A DNA stretch of 24,000 nucleotides from contig OY764148.2 of assembly GCA_963667885.2 (NCBI GenBank), positions 988,221 through 1,012,220 on the forward strand. The letters run 5' to 3'. Below are positions 7,962 through 17,278 of this stretch, one piece after another (within the stretch, counting starts at the first letter, position 1; each line of letters begins with the position of its first letter). The DNA is from Bryobacterales bacterium. GTDB lineage: Bacteria > Acidobacteriota > Terriglobia > Bryobacterales > UBA6623. Below the pieces are notes generated by a model, which ran no database searches, had not been told where the DNA came from, and saw only the letters and a program-made list of their open reading frames with translations. The translations under genes were made by a program, and so were the position numbers.

Positions 7962-9884
7962 TCAGCCCTTCTTGTCTTCGTCAACGTCGACGAACTCGGC
8001 GTCAACGACGTCTTCTTCTGGTTTGTCTCCGTTGCCCGCTTCGCCCTCTGCACCCGCTGCACCGTTGCCCTGGGCAGCGTCTGGCTGATCGCCAGATTTG
8101 TACATCGCCTCGGCGAGCTTGTGGCTCACCGTTTGCAGGTGACCGACGGCCTTGTTGATCGCCTCGACATCGTCTTCGGCCATCGCGGTCTTCGTCGCCG
8201 CGATCGCTTCTTCGATCTTCTTGGCGTCATCCTCGGAGACCTTGTCGCGGTTCTCGGCCAAAGTCTTCTCGGTGGAGTAAACCATCGAGTCGGCTTGGTT
8301 GCGCGCCTCGACAGCCTCCTTGCGTTTGTTGTCTTCGGCAGAGTGCGATTCGGCCTCTCGAGCCAACTTCTCGACCTCCTCGGAGGAGAGACCCGAGGAG
8401 CTCGTGATCGTAATCTTCTGCTCCTTATTGGTCGCCTTATCCTTCGCGGAAACATTGAGAATGCCGTTGGCGTCGATGTCGAAAGTCACATCGACTTGCG
8501 GCAGGCCACGTGGCGCTGGCGGTATACCAACGAGCTGGAAGACACCCAGCACGCGGTTATCAGCCGCCATCGACCGCTCGCCCTGGTTGACCTTGATCTC
8601 AACCGACGTCTGGTTGTCAGAAGCAGTGGAGAACGTCTCGGTCTTGCGCGTCGGAATGGTTGTGTTCCGCTCGATGAGCTTGGTAAACACGCCACCGAGA
8701 GTCTCGATGCCGAGTGAGAGCGGCGTTACGTCGAGCAACAGGACGTCCTTAACGTCACCGCCCAACACACCACCCTGGATGGCAGCACCCACCGCAACGA
8801 CTTCGTCCGGGTTCACGCCTTGATGAGGCTCCTTACCGAAGAACTCGGTGACCATCTTCTGGACCAAGGGAATACGCGTCGAACCACCAACAAGAACCAC
8901 CTCGTCGATCTCTTTCGGGCTGAGCCCGGCGTCTTCCAGTGCCTTCTTGCAGGGCTCCATCGTACGCTGGATCAGCGGCTTCATCATCTCTTCGAGACGC
9001 GCCCGGGTGAGTTTCATCTGGAGATGCTTCGGACCCTCCGCCGTCGCGGTGACGAAGGGCAAGTTGATTTCATGCTCCATCAGCGACGAGAGATCCATCT
9101 TGGCCTTTTCGGCCGCTTCGCGCAGGCGTTGCAGGGCCATCTTGTCCGCTGACAGGTCCACACCCTCGGCATTCTTGAACTCGGCGACCAGCCACTCGAT
9201 AATGACGTGGTCGATATTATCGCCGCCCAGGTGCGTGTCGCCGTTAGTGGACTTCACCTCCACCACGCCCTCACCGACCTCAAGAACAGAGACATCCAAC
9301 GTGCCACCGCCGAAATCGTAGACGACAATCGTCTCGTTGGACTTCTTGTCGAGGCCATAAGCAAGTGCGGCAGCCGTCGGCTCGTTGATGATCCGCTGGA
9401 CGTTCAGTCCGGCGATCTTGCCCGCGTCCGTGGTCGCCTGGCGCTGTGCGTCGTTGAAGTAAGCCGGGACCGTAATGACCGCGTCGTCGACCGTCTCGCC
9501 GAGAAAGGCCTCAGCGGCCTCCTTCAGCTTGCCCAGCACCATGGCTGAGATCTCTTGCGGTGTGTAGGTCTTACCGTTAGCATCAACCGTCACCATGCCG
9601 CCCTTCTCGGAGATCGAGTAAGAGACCAACCTGGTCTCCTCGCCTACCTCTTCGGAACGCCGCCCCATGAAGCGCTTGATCGAAGAAATCGTGTTCTCCG
9701 GGTTGGTCACCGCCTGCCGCTTGGCAGCCTGGCCGACGAGTCTTTCTCCGCCCTTCGCGAATGCCACGACGGATGGCGTCGTTCTTGCGCCTTCTTGGTT
9801 AGGGATGACCGTAGCTTGGCCCGCCTGCATAACGGCAACGACGGAGTTCGTCGTACCAAGGTCAATACCGATAATCTTACCCAC
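7962..9884 (-). CDS. dnaK: molecular chaperone DnaK (Hsp70)
   Basis: [48 protein letters not shown]-type motifs, [15 protein letters not shown]-terminal acidic [15 protein letters not shown]. Confidence 0.98.
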   Translation of the reverse strand: MGKIIGIDLGTTNSVVAVMQAGQATVIPNQEGARTTPSVVAFAKGGERLVGQAAKRQAVTNPENTISSIKRFMGRRSEEVGEETRLVSYSISEKGGMVTVDANGKTYTPQEISAMVLGKLKEAAEAFLGETVDDAVITVPAYFNDAQRQATTDAGKIAGLNVQRIINEPTAAALAYGLDKKSNETIVVYDFGGGTLDVSVLEVGEGVVEVKSTNGDTHLGGDNIDHVIIEWLVAEFKNAEGVDLSADKMALQRLREAAEKAKMDLSSLMEHEINLPFVTATAEGPKHLQMKLTRARLEEMMKPLIQRTMEPCKKALEDAGLSPKEIDEVVLVGGSTRIPLVQKMVTEFFGKEPHQGVNPDEVVAVGAAIQGGVLGGDVKDVLLLDVTPLSLGIETLGGVFTKLIERNTTIPTRKTETFSTASDNQTSVEIKVNQGERSMAADNRVLGVFQLVGIPPAPRGLPQVDVTFDIDANGILNVSAKDKATNKEQKITITSSSGLSSEEVEKLAREAESHSAEDNKRKEAVEARNQADSMVYSTEKTLAENRDKVSEDDAKKIEEAIAATKTAMAEDDVEAINKAVGHLQTVSHKLAEAMYKSGDQPDAAQGNGAAGAEGEAGNGDKPEEDVVDAEFVDVDEDKKG

Positions 9885-9952
9885 TGCTTCCTCCTCGCGA
9901 GCTGCAGACGCGATACGCGCCCGGCTCAGGCTTACTACTTTAGCCTACACCA

Positions 9953-9981
9953 ATTATCAAATCTTAGTGCCTTACTGTCAA
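9953..9981 (-). promoter_or_regulatory. sigma70-like promoter for dnaK
   Basis: Minus strand TTGACA (9981-9976), 17-bp spacer, GATAAT (9958-9953), 69 bp upstream of the dnaK start. Confidence 0.65.
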
Positions 9982-10067
9982 GTGTTTGATGCTTGGAGTC
10001 CGCTAAAAGTTGCAAGATTACGTCCGATCGTGGCATGAGCCATCGCTCACTGAGCAGCCAAAGGCCT

Positions 10068-10073
10068 TATAAT
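10068..10073 (+). promoter_or_regulatory. candidate -10 box for modB
   Basis: Exact TATAAT ending 11 bp before the modB start; no clear -35 box. Confidence 0.3.
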
Positions 10074-10084
10074 CAGACTCTTAG

Positions 10085-10765
10085 ATGTTTCCCGACCTCC
10101 CTAGCATCGACTGGAGTCCGCTTTGGCTGAGCCTCCGCGTGGCCTCGATTGCTACGGTACTATCACTCGCGATTGGCCTGACTGCTGGCTGGGCCCTTAC
10201 CAGGTGGCAATTCCGAGGCAAGAATCTCGCCGAGGCGCTGATTACGGCGCCAATCGTGCTGCCGCCGACCGTGCTGGGCTACTACCTGCTCGTGGTACTG
10301 GGCCGTTCCAGCCCTCTCGGAGAGGCGTACGAGACTATCTTTGGTGGACCGTTGGTGTTTACCTGGCAAGCAGCCGTGGTGGCAGCTTCCCTGCATGCCA
10401 TCCCGCTGCTGATTCGCTCCGCGCGCGCCGCGTTTGAAGGGGTCAACCGCAACCTAGAGAACGCCGCTCGCAGCCTGGGCGCCAGCGAGTGGCGCGTCTT
10501 TTGGCGGGTGACGCTACCCTTGTCGAAAGGACCCGTCGTCGCTGCTGCCGTCTTCGCCTTTGCCCGTGCGCTGGGCGATTTTGGCGTCACGATCATGATC
10601 GCTGGCAATATTCCCGGAAAGACGCAGACGATGTCGGTCGCGATTTACGATGCCGTCCAATCAGGACAATCGCAACTCGCCACAGCGCTCGTTCTCGTCA
10701 TGTCCGCTCTCGCGATCACCGTGCTCTACGCCATCGGTCGAGCTGGAGGAGGCCGCATCCTGTGA
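10085..10765 (+). CDS. modB: molybdate ABC transporter permease
   Basis: LRVASIATVLSLAIGLTAGWALTR...APIVLPPTVLGYYLLV...SLGASEWRVFWRVTLPLSKGPVVAAAVFAFARALGDFGVTIMIAGNIPGKTQTM. Confidence 0.92.
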   Translation: MFPDLPSIDWSPLWLSLRVASIATVLSLAIGLTAGWALTRWQFRGKNLAEALITAPIVLPPTVLGYYLLVVLGRSSPLGEAYETIFGGPLVFTWQAAVVAASLHAIPLLIRSARAAFEGVNRNLENAARSLGASEWRVFWRVTLPLSKGPVVAAAVFAFARALGDFGVTIMIAGNIPGKTQTMSVAIYDAVQSGQSQLATALVLVMSALAITVLYAIGRAGGGRIL

Positions 10766-11505
10766 CGAAATCACTCCATGCGAAGATCGAGAAGCGCTTC
10801 GCTGGCAGTCCGGGGTCGAAGCCGTTCGAACTCGACATTGAGTTCGTCGCCGCGGACGGCATCACCGTGCTGTTTGGCCCCAGCGGATCTGGCAAGACGC
10901 TCACGCTCGAGGCGTTGGCTGGTTTCTCTAAGCCCGACGCTGGTCAGATTCGATTCGGCGACCGCACACTCTTCGATTCCCAGACACGAGCCGATGTCCC
11001 CGCCCGCGACAGACGCTGCGGCTACCTCTTCCAACAAGACGCACTCTTCCCCCACATGACAGTACGCGAGAATGTCGCCTTCGGCGCGAACGCGGATGAA
11101 CGTCGCGTCGACGAGTTGCTTGCTGAGTTTCGCATCGAAGGGCTGGCCGCCCGGCGGCCGAGTGAGATTTCGGGCGGCGAGCGTCAACGTTGTGCCATCG
11201 CACGCACGCTTGCTGGCAATCCCGAGTTCCTGCTCATGGACGAACCCGCGCAAGGTCTCGACATCGTTCTACGGCGGGAGTTGCATGATGTCTTTAGGCG
11301 TATCCGCGATCAATTTGGTCTGCCGATGTTGCTCGTCACGCACGACATCTCCGAGGCTCTATCACTTGGCGATTCGCTGATGTTGTACTCGCACGGCAAG
11401 ATCGTGCAACACGGTCCAGCGCGGCAGACGTTTGAAAACCCGAATTCCACCGCGGCCGCAAGGTTGATGGGCGTCGAAAGCGTGTCGGCTGGCGACGACG
11501 ACTGA
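10762..11505 (+). CDS. modC: molybdate ABC transporter ATP-binding protein, short form
   Basis: GPSGSGKTLTLEALAG Walker A, SGGERQRCAIARTLA signature, FLLMDEPAQGLD Walker B, LLVTHDISEA. GTG start overlaps the modB stop; the ORF track start at 10489 is too far upstream. Confidence 0.87.
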   Translation: MTKSLHAKIEKRFAGSPGSKPFELDIEFVAADGITVLFGPSGSGKTLTLEALAGFSKPDAGQIRFGDRTLFDSQTRADVPARDRRCGYLFQQDALFPHMTVRENVAFGANADERRVDELLAEFRIEGLAARRPSEISGGERQRCAIARTLAGNPEFLLMDEPAQGLDIVLRRELHDVFRRIRDQFGLPMLLVTHDISEALSLGDSLMLYSHGKIVQHGPARQTFENPNSTAAARLMGVESVSAGDDD

Positions 11506-11508
11506 CCC

Positions 11509-12123
11509 GTGCTGCTCTACTACATCACCGACCGCCACTCTCTCAATCGCGACCTGCTCGATGCGGTCGCCGAGGCGCTGATGGCCGGAGTGGATTTGAT
11601 CCAGATCCGCGAGAAGGACCTTTCACCTCGTGAGTTGTTTGTGCTCTCCCGGCGAGTAAAGGAACTCCCGAACCCCGTTGGCTCGCGCATCCTCCTCAAC
11701 GAGCGCTTAGACATCGCCTTGGCCGCGGGGTTAGACGGCGTCCATCTTCCCGCCTCCCACCTGCCGATTCGTGAGCTGCGCATCGCCGCCGGTCGGTCGA
11801 TCACCGTCGGCGTCTCGTGCCACTCCGAAGCAGAGGTTCGAGCCGCAAACGACGAGGAGGTGGATCTGATCGCCTTCTCACCCGTATTCGCCCCCCTCTC
11901 CAAGAGCAGCCAATTCCAACCCCACGGGCTAGTAGTTTTAGAGTCGATCTGCGCCACGTCTTCGACGCCGGTCTTCGCTCTGGGAGGAGTAACTGCAAAT
12001 CGCATCCACGACTGTCTTGAAGCAGGCGCCGCTGGCGTGGCTGGAATCTCCCTATTCCAGTCTTCGCGCGAGCTGACAACACTCGTCTCCAACCTAAGAG
12101 ACAAGCCCTTATCCTCCCCATAA
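11509..12123 (+). CDS. thiE: thiamine phosphate synthase / TenI-like
   Basis: YYITDRHSLNRDLLDAVAEALMAGVDLIQIREKDLSPRELF, GVHLPASHLPI, GVSCHSEAEV, FAPVF, VFALGGV. Confidence 0.88.
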   Translation: MLLYYITDRHSLNRDLLDAVAEALMAGVDLIQIREKDLSPRELFVLSRRVKELPNPVGSRILLNERLDIALAAGLDGVHLPASHLPIRELRIAAGRSITVGVSCHSEAEVRAANDEEVDLIAFSPVFAPLSKSSQFQPHGLVVLESICATSSTPVFALGGVTANRIHDCLEAGAAGVAGISLFQSSRELTTLVSNLRDKPLSSP

Positions 12124-12172
12124 AAATTATCTTCTTGCTGGCATCGAGAGGGTTTCGTAGAGTGGGTGCAAG

Positions 12173-12384
12173 AGGTCGCTGTGATCGACCTGGGGCCTGT
12201 TAAATAATCAGTTGGCGGTTGCGAGGGCAGCGCCAATAACAGTCTCGCTGTTCACATCATGATCGCCACTGGAGATCGCTCTCCAGGTGGCAAAAACGAT
12301 GCGTGACCTTCGTACAGGATAGCTGTGTTCGGAACCAAGAACGTGAATAGCGGAGCAATAGGCGGGCCTACAGCGAGCGGTCAC
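12173..12384 (+). ncRNA. putative structured 5' leader or small RNA upstream of the 12470 gene
   Basis: Several helices: AGGTCG/CGACCT (12173/12186), CTGTTA...TTGGCG / CGCCAATAACAG (12197-12242), GCCACTGGAGA-tcgc-TCTCCAGGTGGC (12265-12291), long-range GTGACC/GGTCAC (12303/12379). No known riboswitch class recognised. Confidence 0.35.
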
Positions 12385-12469
12385 AGGAAGCGGAATAGTC
12401 GGGGCGGGCTGTTCCATCTATCGACACGATATTTCAGTTAGAAGGCACTGTTTAGGAGATTGAAGAAAG

Positions 12470-13186
12470 ATGAAATCATTGCGAAAACTAATTCTGGGAA
12501 TCGTCGCCCTGGCCGCTTTCAGCTCGGCTAACGTCTTCGCCCAAGACGAAGTCAGCGTGTCGTTTGACTCCGGATTCGTCAACCAATACGTTTGGCGTGG
12601 GTTCGAGCTCAACGGCTCGGCCTCCTGGGAGCCCGGTGTGACCGTGGGTTACGGCGGCCTTTCCTTCTCTTCCTGGAACAACTTCTCTACCGTTGCCGGG
12701 AACAGCGGATCCTGGACCGAGCATGACTTCGCTGTGGACTACACCACTGACATCAGCGACAGCGGCTTCTCGGTTTCCGTTGGTTGGATCAACTACGCAT
12801 TCCCCAACCTCCCGAGGGGCGAAGATCGGTACACGAACGAACTCTACGTGGGTATAGGACACGACGACATCTTGGCACCGTCCTTCACGGTCTACGGCGA
12901 TGTCCACGCAGGAAAAGGGCTTTACTATCTGTTCGGAATCGCCCCATCAGTCGAGATCGCCAACGGAATTACTTTTGATCCCATCCTTAATGTTGGTATC
13001 AACCAGAACTTGTTTCGGGAAGGCACCGGTGTCAGCGACATCAATGTCGGCGCTGGCCTCACTTTCCCCTACAAGAATTTGACCTTCGCACCGTTCGGCA
13101 TGATGGTGATGTCACCGGGTGCCTTCGGCGACGAGTTCGGAAAATACAAGCCCGTCTACGGTGCCGTCGCTTCCTTCTCGTACTAA
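12470..13186 (+). CDS. outer-membrane beta-barrel-like hypothetical protein with signal peptide
   Basis: MKSLRKLILGIVALAAFSSANVFAQ signal peptide; SGFVNQYVWRGFELN, alternating aromatic/polar strands and terminal aromatic residue (ASFSY) as in TorF-like porin families. Confidence 0.6.
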   Translation: MKSLRKLILGIVALAAFSSANVFAQDEVSVSFDSGFVNQYVWRGFELNGSASWEPGVTVGYGGLSFSSWNNFSTVAGNSGSWTEHDFAVDYTTDISDSGFSVSVGWINYAFPNLPRGEDRYTNELYVGIGHDDILAPSFTVYGDVHAGKGLYYLFGIAPSVEIANGITFDPILNVGINQNLFREGTGVSDINVGAGLTFPYKNLTFAPFGMMVMSPGAFGDEFGKYKPVYGAVASFSY

Positions 13187-13200
13187 CCAACAACGTAGCC

Positions 13201-13217
13201 GTCGCAAATATTGCGAC
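13201..13217 (+). other. short inverted repeat after the barrel gene
   Basis: GTCGCAA-ATA-TTGCGAC, perfect 7-bp arms. Confidence 0.5.
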
Positions 13218-13223
13218 CAACCG

Positions 13224-13258
13224 AAGCGCCGCGACCCACGAAGTCGCGGCGCTTTTCT
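13224..13258 (+). terminator. Rho-independent terminator
   Basis: AAGCGCCGCGAC-ccacgaa-GTCGCGGCGCTT, perfect 12-bp stem followed by a T-rich stretch (TTCTCT). Confidence 0.85.
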
Positions 13259-13409
13259 CTTGCCCCGCTAAACCCTTCCCGCTCCCCCACAAACAATCGA
13301 CCCGCCGCGTCCCACCTCAACACTCGCACCCTGCGACGGCATAACAAGCTCCACGCAAGCGGACCGCCAAGCACACAAGCCCGCGTTAGCGCGCTACAAT
13401 CCCACCATC

Positions 13410-16139
13410 GTGGTCATTGGCTCCTCCATCAGCCATTACCTCATCGTCGAGAAGCTCGGCGAGGGTGGCATGGGTGTCGTCTACAAAGCCGAAGACACCC
13501 AGCTCCGCCGAACCGTTGCGTTGAAGTTCCTCCCTCGCGAAACACTCGACGAGGAAGAGGTCAAAGCCCGTCTGATTCGTGAGGCGCAAGCCGCTGCCGC
13601 CCTCGATCACCCCAACATCTGTCACGTCTACGGCATCCACGAAGAAGACGGCGAAACCTTCATCGCCATGGCCTACATCGCTGGGCCGTCGCTGGCGGAC
13701 AAGATCAAGGAGCGCCCGCTGCCGCTGGAGGAAGCCCTCTCGATCGCCGCCCAGATCGGCGAGGGACTGCACGAAGCCCATGAGCACGGAGTCGTTCATC
13801 GGGACATCAAGCCACAGAACATCCTGCTGACCGCCAAAGGTCAGGTGAAGATTCTGGACTTCGGGCTGGCGGCGCTAACGGGGCGCTCGAAGCTGACCAA
13901 GACCGGCACCACGATGGGCACGCCCGCCTACATGGCGCCGGAGCAACTCGAAGGGAGAAACGTCGATCGTAGGGCGGATGTCTGGGCACTGGGCTGCGTG
14001 TTGTACGAGATGCTCACGCAACGCACGCCGTTTGAGGCGGATTATGAACAGGCAATTGGCTACGGCATTCTCAACGAGGATCCCGAGCCGGTAACGGCGC
14101 AACGCGCCGGTCTATCGCCGGAGATCGATCGGCTATTGAGCAAGGCCCTAGCGAAGGATCGAGACGAGCGCTACCAACACGCCGACGAACTGTTGGCGGA
14201 CCTGGGAGTGCTTCAGAAACAGACTGGGGCTCGGAAGGCGTCGTCGGGCCGCTCGACGATCTTGCGGACGACGCAGATGACCAGTGCGGTCCCGGCGACG
14301 ATGACGGCAGGTCAGACGGTGACCCATGCGGAAGCGCTGCCGCCTGACGCCGTGATCGTGCAACGAAGCAGCCAGCGAGCGCTACAAGCTTTGGCTGCAG
14401 TGCTCGGCATCGCCTTCCTCGGCCTACTGGTGTTCAACTTCACCCAGGCCCCGCCCGAGATACCGCTGCGGCGCTTCTCATTCGCGCCAGACGGATTCAC
14501 CCAAGACACTTCGCGCATCTCTCCAGACGGCAAGTTCATTCTCTTCCGGGCCAGGACCGGTGACCAAAATAGCCTCTGGCTGCGATCGCTTGAGAACGAG
14601 TCCGCCCGCGAATTGGCAGGCACGGCAGGAGTGCTCCGTGGGGGCTTCTGGTCTCCAGACAGCCTGTCGATCGGATTTGGAACTGGCGCCGAATTGAAGA
14701 GAGTCTCGATCAATGGCGGAGACCCGATCACGCTCTGTGAGTTGCCGGCTGGCGGCCAGCGCGCTTTTGTGGGGGGAACCTGGAGCCCCGACGGCGAGCG
14801 CATCGTGTTTTCCTCTGGTCTGCGCCTGTATGAGATCCCTTCCCGCGGCGGTGAGCCCGAGCTGCTGTTTGATGTCAGCGACGGCCCTCGGCCCTACTCT
14901 CTCCGCCCCCATTTCTTGCCCACCGACGGCGGGTCTCACGGCCTTGCGTATGTAGCGGCAGTGAGCGGGGCTGATCAAATGCTCGCGGTCATGGATCTCG
15001 AGACCGGCGAGCGCCGCGAGTTGGGACCAGGCAGTGCGCCCTTCTACTCGTCTGACGGTTACTTGACCCATGGGCTCGCGAACGCCCAGGACGAAGGATT
15101 GCGGGCCTTGCCCTTTTCTCTCGATACGTTGGTGGCGACCGGCCAGTCGTTTCCCATTGATGAAACTGGCAGGGTTGCCAGTGTCTCAGGAGACGGAACG
15201 CTGGTGTACACCGATCGTCCAGCAGCCAGCAGCAGCCAGACTGTCTGGCGAGCCCGTACCGGCGTGGTGTTAGAGGCCGTCGGCCAACCGCAGCCGAACA
15301 TCGGGGCTCCCTCGCTCTCGCCCGACGGCCAACGGGTCGCCGTGAGGTCGGACGAGAGCGGGAACGCTGACATCTGGGTCCACGATTTGACCCGCTCCAC
15401 CAAGACGCGGTTGACGTTTGAAGACCAAAACGAGGTCCGTCCGGCATGGTCGCCCTCGGGCCGGGAGATCGTCTACCAATACATAGGGCCGCCGCACCGC
15501 CTGATGCGCCGAGCCGCCGACGGCACGGGCGAGGCCGTTGTGCTATTGGAGGCCGGCTTTACCCTGGTCAGACCCGAATGGTCGCGCGACGGGCGCTATC
15601 TGGTCTATGACGAATTCAATCCGGCGGCGGGGTCACGGAACGATATCCGTTATATCGAGTTGGGGACCGATGGCGAAGCCGGCGAACCCGTCATGTTTCT
15701 CGGCTCGCCCGCCGACGAGCAGATGGCGAAGCTCTCGCCCGACGGTCGGTTTCTGGCTTATGAGTCCAACGAGTCGGATCGCTATGAGATCTATGTGCGT
15801 TCGTTCCCCGGCGGCGACGGCAAGAGGCAAGTGTCAGCAAACGGCGGACAGCAGGCGCGCTGGCGCAGCGACGGCAGAGAGTTGTACTACGTCGAGGGCG
15901 ACACGCTGATGGCGGTCTCGGTCTCGACCGAATCGGCTTTCACTCTGGGGCAGCCGCAACAGTTGTTTGAGGCTCCTGGCTTAGCCTTAACGGCAACCGG
16001 CGCCAGTGGGGGCTACGACGTCTCGGCCGACGGTGAACGATTTCTGACGGTGGCGCCCGCCGAGGGTGCCGAAGCCGCGTCCACCACGATCCGCATCGTC
16101 CAGAACTGGCACGAAGAGTTCCGCGACCGCAACCAGTAG
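13410..16139 (+). CDS. serine/threonine protein kinase with C-terminal PD40/TolB-like beta-propeller
   Basis: YLIVEKLGEGGMGVVYKAED, VHRDIKPQNILL, DFGLAAL, GTPAYMAPEQLEG, DVWALGCVLYEMLT; TM-like ALQALAAVLGIAFLGLLVFNF; repeated SPDGK/SPDG..V..RS motifs (ISPDGKFILFRAR, LSPDGQRVAVRS, WSPSGREIVYQ, LSPDGRFLAYES). Confidence 0.93.
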   Translation: MVIGSSISHYLIVEKLGEGGMGVVYKAEDTQLRRTVALKFLPRETLDEEEVKARLIREAQAAAALDHPNICHVYGIHEEDGETFIAMAYIAGPSLADKIKERPLPLEEALSIAAQIGEGLHEAHEHGVVHRDIKPQNILLTAKGQVKILDFGLAALTGRSKLTKTGTTMGTPAYMAPEQLEGRNVDRRADVWALGCVLYEMLTQRTPFEADYEQAIGYGILNEDPEPVTAQRAGLSPEIDRLLSKALAKDRDERYQHADELLADLGVLQKQTGARKASSGRSTILRTTQMTSAVPATMTAGQTVTHAEALPPDAVIVQRSSQRALQALAAVLGIAFLGLLVFNFTQAPPEIPLRRFSFAPDGFTQDTSRISPDGKFILFRARTGDQNSLWLRSLENESARELAGTAGVLRGGFWSPDSLSIGFGTGAELKRVSINGGDPITLCELPAGGQRAFVGGTWSPDGERIVFSSGLRLYEIPSRGGEPELLFDVSDGPRPYSLRPHFLPTDGGSHGLAYVAAVSGADQMLAVMDLETGERRELGPGSAPFYSSDGYLTHGLANAQDEGLRALPFSLDTLVATGQSFPIDETGRVASVSGDGTLVYTDRPAASSSQTVWRARTGVVLEAVGQPQPNIGAPSLSPDGQRVAVRSDESGNADIWVHDLTRSTKTRLTFEDQNEVRPAWSPSGREIVYQYIGPPHRLMRRAADGTGEAVVLLEAGFTLVRPEWSRDGRYLVYDEFNPAAGSRNDIRYIELGTDGEAGEPVMFLGSPADEQMAKLSPDGRFLAYESNESDRYEIYVRSFPGGDGKRQVSANGGQQARWRSDGRELYYVEGDTLMAVSVSTESAFTLGQPQQLFEAPGLALTATGASGGYDVSADGERFLTVAPAEGAEAASTTIRIVQNWHEEFRDRNQ

Positions 16140-16615
16140 CGCCAGGCAACGGTCACCCTTGACCGTCCACGAGCCACTCACAACCGTCCGCCAATCCGAG
16201 CCGCGAACGCAAGAGAGCGGCCTCTTCCCGCAGTGTGACGGTCGAAAAAATAAACTTGCACAAACAAAACAAAGGACTTCCGTCCACATGCCCTCCAAAA
16301 CACCCCAAAAAAGCTTGCACCCATATGCCACCCTCAAATCAGAAGCACGCTAGATTTTTGTGAGGTTAGCTAGCGTCTCCAGTCGACTGGAAACAAACCT
16401 TCGGTGAGTTGGCCTACCAAAATGCCAACACCGTAACGAGGGAGCAGTTCCTCAGGGCCGGCCCAATACTTCGGTGCTTCCCCGCTTAGTTGGGATTCAC
16501 AATCCGTTCGTTCGGCGTCGTCTGTTGCAACAGATGGTGTCGGGCGGCGGTCTTACTTCCAAACTTGCTCCACACGTGGGAGCAGTGCGTCTTACCCCCG
16601 AAAGGGAACAAGCCC

Positions 16616-16669
16616 GCGCTAGCGGCCGCGAAGCGGCCAAGCCCCCACGCTAGTGGGCGCGCTAGCGGC
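16616..16669. repeat. REP-like palindromic cluster with 11-bp flanking direct repeats
   Basis: GCGCTAGCGGC at 16616-16626 and 16659-16669; between them GGCCGC-gaa-GCGGCC and CCCAC-gcta-GTGGG hairpins. Confidence 0.5.
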
Positions 16670-17258
16670 GTGCTTGGCGTGCAGCGTCCATGAAGCTGCC
16701 CACGTCCATCGCTCGCTGGACAGTGATGTCACCGGCAGCCACGCCGACGGCGTCAGGCTCAACGGTACGAGACGCACGCATCAAACGCGACTCCCGGACA
16801 CCGACCACAAGATGGCGTTCGTGGTCGCTAATCGTCGTCGAACCATCTGTTGAACTTGTCTCGACATGAAACACGCCCTGCCATAGCCCCACGGTCGGAC
16901 CGAGAAGGCTGTCTGGTGTTTCGGTCAAGAAAAGCACGAGCCCGTCGCCCACGGAAAACCGCGGCATACCCTGAATGTAGGTGCTTTCATCGTCAAGTTA
17001 GCCACCGACCATACGGAACGCGTAGTCGGTCCCAATCAACTCCTGCGGCACCGCCTCCGAGGCACGAATGGTGACGGTTGAGTAGATATATCCGTTAGGA
17101 TCGCGGTCAGCGAGGGTGCTGACGACTTCGCCGGATATCGCTGTATCGGACGCACGGCTAAGTTGATCAAAGCTGACCTCAATAACGCTTGAAGCGTCCA
17201 ACCGCCCTGCAGCGGAAAAGAGGACAAGAGCAACCAGAAGATTCTTGATGAGTTTCAT
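16662..17258 (-). pseudogene. hypothetical secreted protein interrupted by an in-frame TAA
   Basis: MKLIKNLLVALVLFSAAGRLDASSVIEVSFDQLSRASDTAISGEVVSTLADRD...TDYAFRMVGG*LDDESTYIQGMPRFSVGDGLVLFLTE..., the same frame continues on both sides of the TAA at 16998-17000. Confidence 0.65.
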
Positions 17259-17278
17259 GTCGACTATCTCTTTCTCGC

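Noticed and set aside
8121-9321. Plus-strand ORFs antisense to dnaK (8121-8717, 8299-8823, 8820-9152, 8848-9321)
   Set aside because: Typical high-GC shadow ORFs with low-complexity composition opposite a certain gene.
10489-10761. Upstream extension of modC inside modB
   Set aside because: Out-of-frame shadow of modB; the GTG at 10762 overlapping the modB stop is the normal coupled start.
11509-12250. TPP riboswitch associated with thiE
   Set aside because: No CUGAGA or ACCUGAUCUGG-like core was seen, and thiE begins 3 nt after modC, leaving no room upstream.
12418-12612. Minus-strand ORFs overlapping the leader and the start of the barrel gene
   Set aside because: No RBS or domain signal; the region is better explained as leader plus the signal-peptide gene.
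13578-15500. Several ORFs antisense or alternate-frame within the kinase gene
   Set aside because: No recognisable motifs, explained by composition.
16490-16693. 67-aa plus-strand ORF
   Set aside because: Runs through the hairpin cluster and into the decayed gene; compositionally not protein-like.
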